Shown here one piece after another: positions 58,976-64,000 of a stretch of 64,000 nt of DNA. Position numbers and translations under genes: made by a program. The notes below the pieces were generated by a model, which did no database searches, was not told the origin of the DNA, and saw only the letters and a program-made list of their open reading frames with translations. Where the stretch lies: contig NC_058369.1 in assembly GCF_018350175.1 (NCBI RefSeq), positions 163,370,001 to 163,434,000 of the forward strand, given 5' to 3'. This stretch comes from Felis catus (Eukaryota). The number at the start of each line of letters is the position of its first letter. The first letter of the stretch is position 1.

Positions 58976-59438
58976 AGGCACTTTTTTATCTGTATGTTCA
59001 TTGGGTACCTAGCCCACGCCACTGTCTATTTTTATTTAACTAAAATTTCTTTCTAGCTTCACACAAATGTGTCTCCTTTTCCTGGGATGTGCAGAGAATT
59101 CTCGATCTCCTTCACAGCAACGGTCACTTCCTACTTTGGATTGTAAACTCCTAGAGGGAAGGGGTCATTTTATTTATATATGTGAACTTGAACTTGTAGC
59201 AGCATTCAATAAATGTCAGTTGCATGAAGTAAGAGAGTCCTCTTGCCTCCGTTATTAGATTATAAGCTTCTTGAGGACAGGGCTAGGATTAAAGTTGAGG
59301 GAACTCAGAGAGGTCATCCAGTCTAACCCCTGGGTACAGGGTGGGGAAATGAGGCCCGTAATAGGGCACATCCTTGAGACCCTGAGGGCAAGGCCACACG
59401 GTATCATCTTCAATTTCAGTGTTCTTTCTATCCTTCAT

Positions 59439-59480
<42 letters not shown>
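59439..59480. repeat. (TG)n microsatellite
   Basis: About 20 units. Confidence 0.95.
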
Positions 59481-59482
<2 letters not shown>

Positions 59483-60079
59483 ATGGGGTAGGAGGGCAGA
59501 GATGGAGAGACAAGTGGAGCTAAAAACCCCCCCGGGCCCTAGTGGCTGAGTCAGGCATCTGTCCTCCCCATTCTTGGCACAGGTAAGTGTGTTGGGAACA
59601 GAATCCCGAGAGTCTATTGTTTAAACAGGTGCCGCTCGAACTCACCAGCGGTGAGATCATGACCTGAGCCAAATCGAACACTTAACCACCTGAGCCACCC
59701 AGGCGCCCCCTAGCGATAGTTCTTAAAAGGGGGAATTAATGGGTGAAGAAGCAGAAACTTAGAGAAAAAAACCTTAATATTCTTCATTTTCTCTCAAATT
59801 GTTGTTCGGACTTACAGTTTCATGAACAGAGTATGAAGAGGTGTGTATTTCTCAGATGTCCCCACTCTTCTCAGCTTAGATATTATCAAACAAATGCCAG
59901 TCTAACAGCAAGCCAATCATTTCTTAACATGGTTAATTTGTGTTTCTTTAGTTACTGGGTGGGTTGAACATCTTTTTAAATGTTTGTGGGTCCTCTGAAT
60001 ACTTTTTGGGAAAATCCTGTGGTTGGTTGTTATTGCTGGTGTTTAATAACAATAATTCAATGGAGTACATTTTAAGTGA

Positions 60080-60282
60080 AAAATGTTTAATGTTTATTTT
60101 GAGAGAGAGAGACAGACAGGCAGACAGAGCATGAGCAGGGGCGGGGCAGATAGAGAGGGAGACACAGAATTTGAAGCAGGCTCCGGGCTCTGAGATGTCA
60201 GCACAGAGTCTGACACGGGGCCTCGAGATCATGACCTGAGCTGAAGTTGGATGCTTGACCCACGGAGCCGCCCAGGTGCCCC
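60080..60282 (-). mobile_element. Can-SINE
   Basis: Antisense body. Confidence 0.9.
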
Positions 60283-60312
60283 CTTCTTTAAATTTTTTAA
60301 AAGAGAGAAGTA

Positions 60313-60521
60313 GGGCACCTGGGTGGCTCCATGGGTTAAGCATCCAACTTTGGCTCAGGTCATGATCTCAAAGGTCATGAGTTTGAGCTCCACATTGGGC
60401 TCTTGGCTGTTAGCACAGAGCCTGCTTGGATCCTCTGACCCCTCTCTCTCTCTCTGCCCCTCCCCCACTTGCGCGCGCTCTCTCTCTCTCTCTCTCCCAA
60501 AATAAATAAACATTTAAAAAA
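60313..60521 (+). mobile_element. Can-SINE
   Basis: gagagaagtag on both flanks. Confidence 0.9.
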
Positions 60522-61205
60522 TTAATACATAAAACTAAACGAAGGAGAGAAGTAGAGGGCGGATTCTACTAGTGGATGGCCGCCTCCCAGTAGATCATGG
60601 AGAATCATGCTTACACATAGCAGGTATTCAATAAACACGTAGCAGATTAACGGACCATCATCAAGGATCCTGCTTGGTGAGATGTGCGGGATATCATTCT
60701 TCCCTGCTTTTTCTCTCCCGATTTATTCTGGGCTTGGGTAGGGGAATGAAATCTCTTCCTGCTTTGGTGGGGAGGGGAGCCAAGGTGGAGATAGGACACA
60801 ACGGCCCAACATGAACAGGTGTACTAATCCTACCAGGCTCAAGTTTTGTAGCGATGATTCCAGAAAACACCCCGGGAAGGGTTTGGCTTGTAGAACCTGG
60901 CACTTTCAGCTCTTGCTAGATACTTCTCTTGAGCTGCGAGCCAACACAAATGTGAATCTCACCACGAGAGGGGGCCCTAAGCTCAGGATGATTCTGAAGT
61001 TCGGTCAGGTGCTGTCTTCAAAGTTATCCCTCAGAAATTCTGATTTTCCACCTAAAATATTTCCTCACAAGTTTAAGTGGCTGCAAGAAATGCAACTGCC
61101 TGTCTAGCGTAGTTATACCTACTTTTTAAAACTCTTGGCTACATATTCAGTGATACGTAAATATCAGCAATTTGATAGCCACGATTTAAAAAATACATAA
61201 AGTTT

Positions 61206-61405
61206 GGGGCACCTGGGTGGGTCAGTTCATGAAGCATCTGACTTCGGCTCAGGTCATGATCTTGAGGTTCATGAGTTCGAGCCCCGCATCGGGCTCTGTG
61301 CTGAAAGCTCGGTGCCTGGAGCCTGCTTCAGATTCTGTGTTTTCCCCTCTCTCTACCCCTCCCCCATTCTCACCCTGTCTCTCAAAAATAAATATTTTTT
61401 AAAAA
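61206..61405 (+). mobile_element. Can-SINE
   Basis: ataaagtt on both flanks. Confidence 0.9.
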
Positions 61406-61775
61406 ATTTTAAATAAAGTTCTCTTTTAACTGTTCCTTTTTCTTCATAAACTTGTCTTTCCATCACCTCCCTCATCTAATTTTTTTCCTTAATTTTTCCA
61501 ATAATGAAGAAATTCCCTCATCTAATTTTATCCTAAGAGAACATATGTTATTTGGGGAGTCTTTTTTTATAGATTGTCCCTATCATACTTCTCAGCAACA
61601 AAGATATAAATAAAAATATTTTTAAAATTTTATATCCTATGATCATGAGTCTCTAAATACTGAGAAGTTTCTTCTGGTTAGAGTTATCATTGTTATCATG
61701 AGTAAATGTGTATTTCATTAAATCAACATAAATATGTTGCCAATTTTGATAAATAATTGTTAAACAGAAAAAGTA

Positions 61776-61989
61776 ATTTTTTAAAATGTTTATTTTTGAG
61801 AGAGAAAGAGAGAGACAGAGCGCAAGCGAGGGAGGGGCAGAGACAGAGAGGGAGACACAGAATCTGAAGCAGGCTCCAGGCTCCGAGCCATCAGCACAGA
61901 GCCTGATGCGGGGCTCGAACCCACCAGCCACGAGATCATGACCTGAGCCAATGTCAAACACTTAACAGACTGAGCCACCTAGGCGCCCC
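61776..61989 (-). mobile_element. Can-SINE
   Basis: Antisense body. Confidence 0.92.
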
Positions 61990-62976
61990 TAAAAAGTCAA
62001 TTGTTATTGGAAATGCCCCTCTTAATGAGGTGAATGAGGTCGTTTGTATTTTCCAATCTGCTGGAATAAGTCACGTTGCTAACCAAATACACTCCTATTT
62101 CCACTGCTTGGAATGGATTTTGGGCTCTGCAGCTAACACTGGCATGAGAGTGACAGTGTGGAGACGCTGATTAAAGCCTGGATGAAAGCCTCTGAGCAAT
62201 GTCCCCTGCGCACCTGAATTCGGTTCCATTGCCTACATGTGAAAGCACACTAGGACAAAATTTTCAAGTGGCTGAAATAAAACTTGACTTGCTCCTTCAT
62301 CCCTCGTCTAGGTAGTCCTCAATCTCCATAAATTACGTTAGTGTTTGCATCCATTATTTTCTCACCCTTAACTGCCTTTAGCCAGGTGTTTATCTCTTTC
62401 TACCTGAATCATGGCAATGACGTCCAGACCCCTCTAGTCCTTCCTGCACATGGTGATCAGACCGGTCTTACTTACGCCTCTTGTATCCTACCTCTCTTTT
62501 GGCAACAGAACAAAACAAACTTTCTTATCTCCTAGAATATGAAGTCTAGACTTCTGTGGCTGTCATTCAGGGCTCCCTGGGATGTCCATTTCTGTCCTCT
62601 TGAACGTCACAGCCTGTTCTCTTCCAGTATCCTCTCCCAGTCTGGTGGGGCTCCCTCACCATGATTATCTCACAAATTGCAGTTTCTCTGGACCAATGGG
62701 AAGTCCCTCTTGGTCAGGTCCTCTCCGGGAGAGTTGGTTCCTTCTGGTCTGCCCCTGTCCTCATGTAAGGGGAAGGGCATGAGACAAGGTATTTCTTTGC
62801 TCACGCCGTGTGCCAGAAATAGATTCATCCTGATACTTGTGGAGCAATCAGAGAATAGAGGTTTCAAATGAACGTTCCTAGGGAATTATTATATATTAAG
62901 AATGTTTACTAAGCATCTGCTGTGTTTACCACTGTGCTAGGCACTGGTGACAGAAATAGAAATTTAAGATCCAGTC

Positions 62977-63757
62977 TGATGAGGGACCGTAAGGCAAGCT
63001 GAGGGCTAAGCGCAAGCTAGCACAACCCCCTCCCCCCTCTTGGGATCTGTGTGATATTCCTCAGGCCCTCCTGGCTGCCCAAGAACAAAGGAAAGGAAAG
63101 AAAACAAACGGTTAACTGACAGAGATCACAGGCCTGCAGGACCCGAGTCTTTACCAGTTTACGAATGTCTTAGTAAATTACAAGAAAAAGGCAATCTTAT
63201 CAATAGCCTCATGTCCAGGAACTCCCCACTGTCTCAAAGTTAATGCGTTGCTAGAGGGAAAAACAACCTTAGCTTGACAATAGCTAAACCTCCAGTAATC
63301 TGTGAGTCTTTCATAGCGAATGGAAACCACGTTAAGAAACTTCCTCTTAGGGGTGCCTGGGTGGCTCAGTCGGTTAAGCCTCTGATTTAGGCTCAGGCCA
63401 TGATCTCATGGTTCGTGAGTTTGAGCACCACATTGGGCTCTGGGTTGATAGCTTGGAGCCTAGAGCCTCTCAGATTGTGTCTCGGGTGTCTCCTTCTCTG
63501 TCCCTCCTCCACTTGTGCTCTGCCTCTCTCTCGCTTAAAAATAAACATTAAAAAATCGATTTTAAAAAGAAACTTCCTCTTCACTTTACCTCCCCTAACC
63601 CCATAGTATATAACCACTCTTCACAAGCCCAGTGCAGCTCTTTCTGCCCACGGGTCCTGTCCCCGTGCTCTAATAAAAGCACCTTTTTGCACCAAAGACG
63701 TCTTCTAGAATTTTCTTGGCCGTCAGCTCTGAACATTCATCACCCCAAACCTCATCA
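62977..63757 (+). mobile_element. Solo retroviral LTR (probably ERV1-class, carnivore) inserted in an L2 end
   Basis: Perfect 8-bp inverted termini TGATGAGG...CCTCATCA, 5-bp TSD CAGTC/TAGTC, TATATAA near 63607 and AATAAA near 63672. Confidence 0.88.
63350..63566 (+). mobile_element. Can-SINE inside the LTR
   Basis: TSD aagaaacttcctctt at 63334-63348 and 63567-63581. Confidence 0.93.
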
Positions 63758-64000
63758 TAGTCTGTCTTCCCTCAAAGAGCTGATCATTTACTTGGGGAGA
63801 CAAGAAGTCCACACATTAAGAGTGGCAAATAAAATAGTATAGAACCAAATGCAAAACGAACCTGTTATCATTTGTGATAAACTATTTTCCTATATTTTCA
63901 CTTTAAAAATTTTAAAACAAAAGTAACACATACTTGTCAAAATGAAAGGTTTTGAAGTATAAAGAGTAAAAGTGAAAGTCCCTATTCACTCCCGTCTCAA

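Noticed and set aside
31369-63617. Recurrent small ORFs such as AQVMISRFVGSSPASGSVLTA and GAPGWRSRLSVRLQ suggesting a gene family
   Set aside because: They are translations of Can-SINE copies.
27530-64000. Possible exons of a neighbouring gene or microRNA
   Set aside because: No recognisable protein-coding exon or known RNA gene seen. Short or non-coding exons cannot be excluded by eye.

Overview
Mammalian genomic DNA from a feliform carnivore, most likely a felid, judged from about 40 Can-SINE copies of SINEC_Fc type. It is not prokaryotic. The first ~27 kb hold the 5' half of SMARCD3 (BAF60c, a SWI/SNF subunit) on the minus strand. Three coding exons are visible at the left edge (505-627, 262-384 and a partial 1-10), plus a distal alternative N-terminal exon encoding MTPGLQHPPAVVQ (25250-25288). 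Four N-gaps sit where the remaining 5' exons are expected. The rest (~27.5-64 kb) is intergenic and repeat-rich: SINEs, L1/L2/MIR/CR1 relics, MaLR and ERVL LTRs, an ERVL integrase/dUTPase relic, a Tigger element with intact TIRs, a nested hAT relic and a solo LTR with clean ends. The most unusual structures are a ~0.9 kb array of the palindromic core TGCCNGGCA with variable purine spacers beside the distal SMARCD3 promoter, an extra CpG island with core-promoter motifs inside the long intron, co-oriented CTCF motifs, and an ETS-motif tandem repeat next to an orphan CpG island. I found no convincing evidence of a new protein-coding system. Nearly all ORFs in the supplied track are GC-rich, gap-spanning or repeat-derived artefacts. 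Family assignments come from recalled consensus sequences, not from searches, and repeat boundaries are approximate unless stated.
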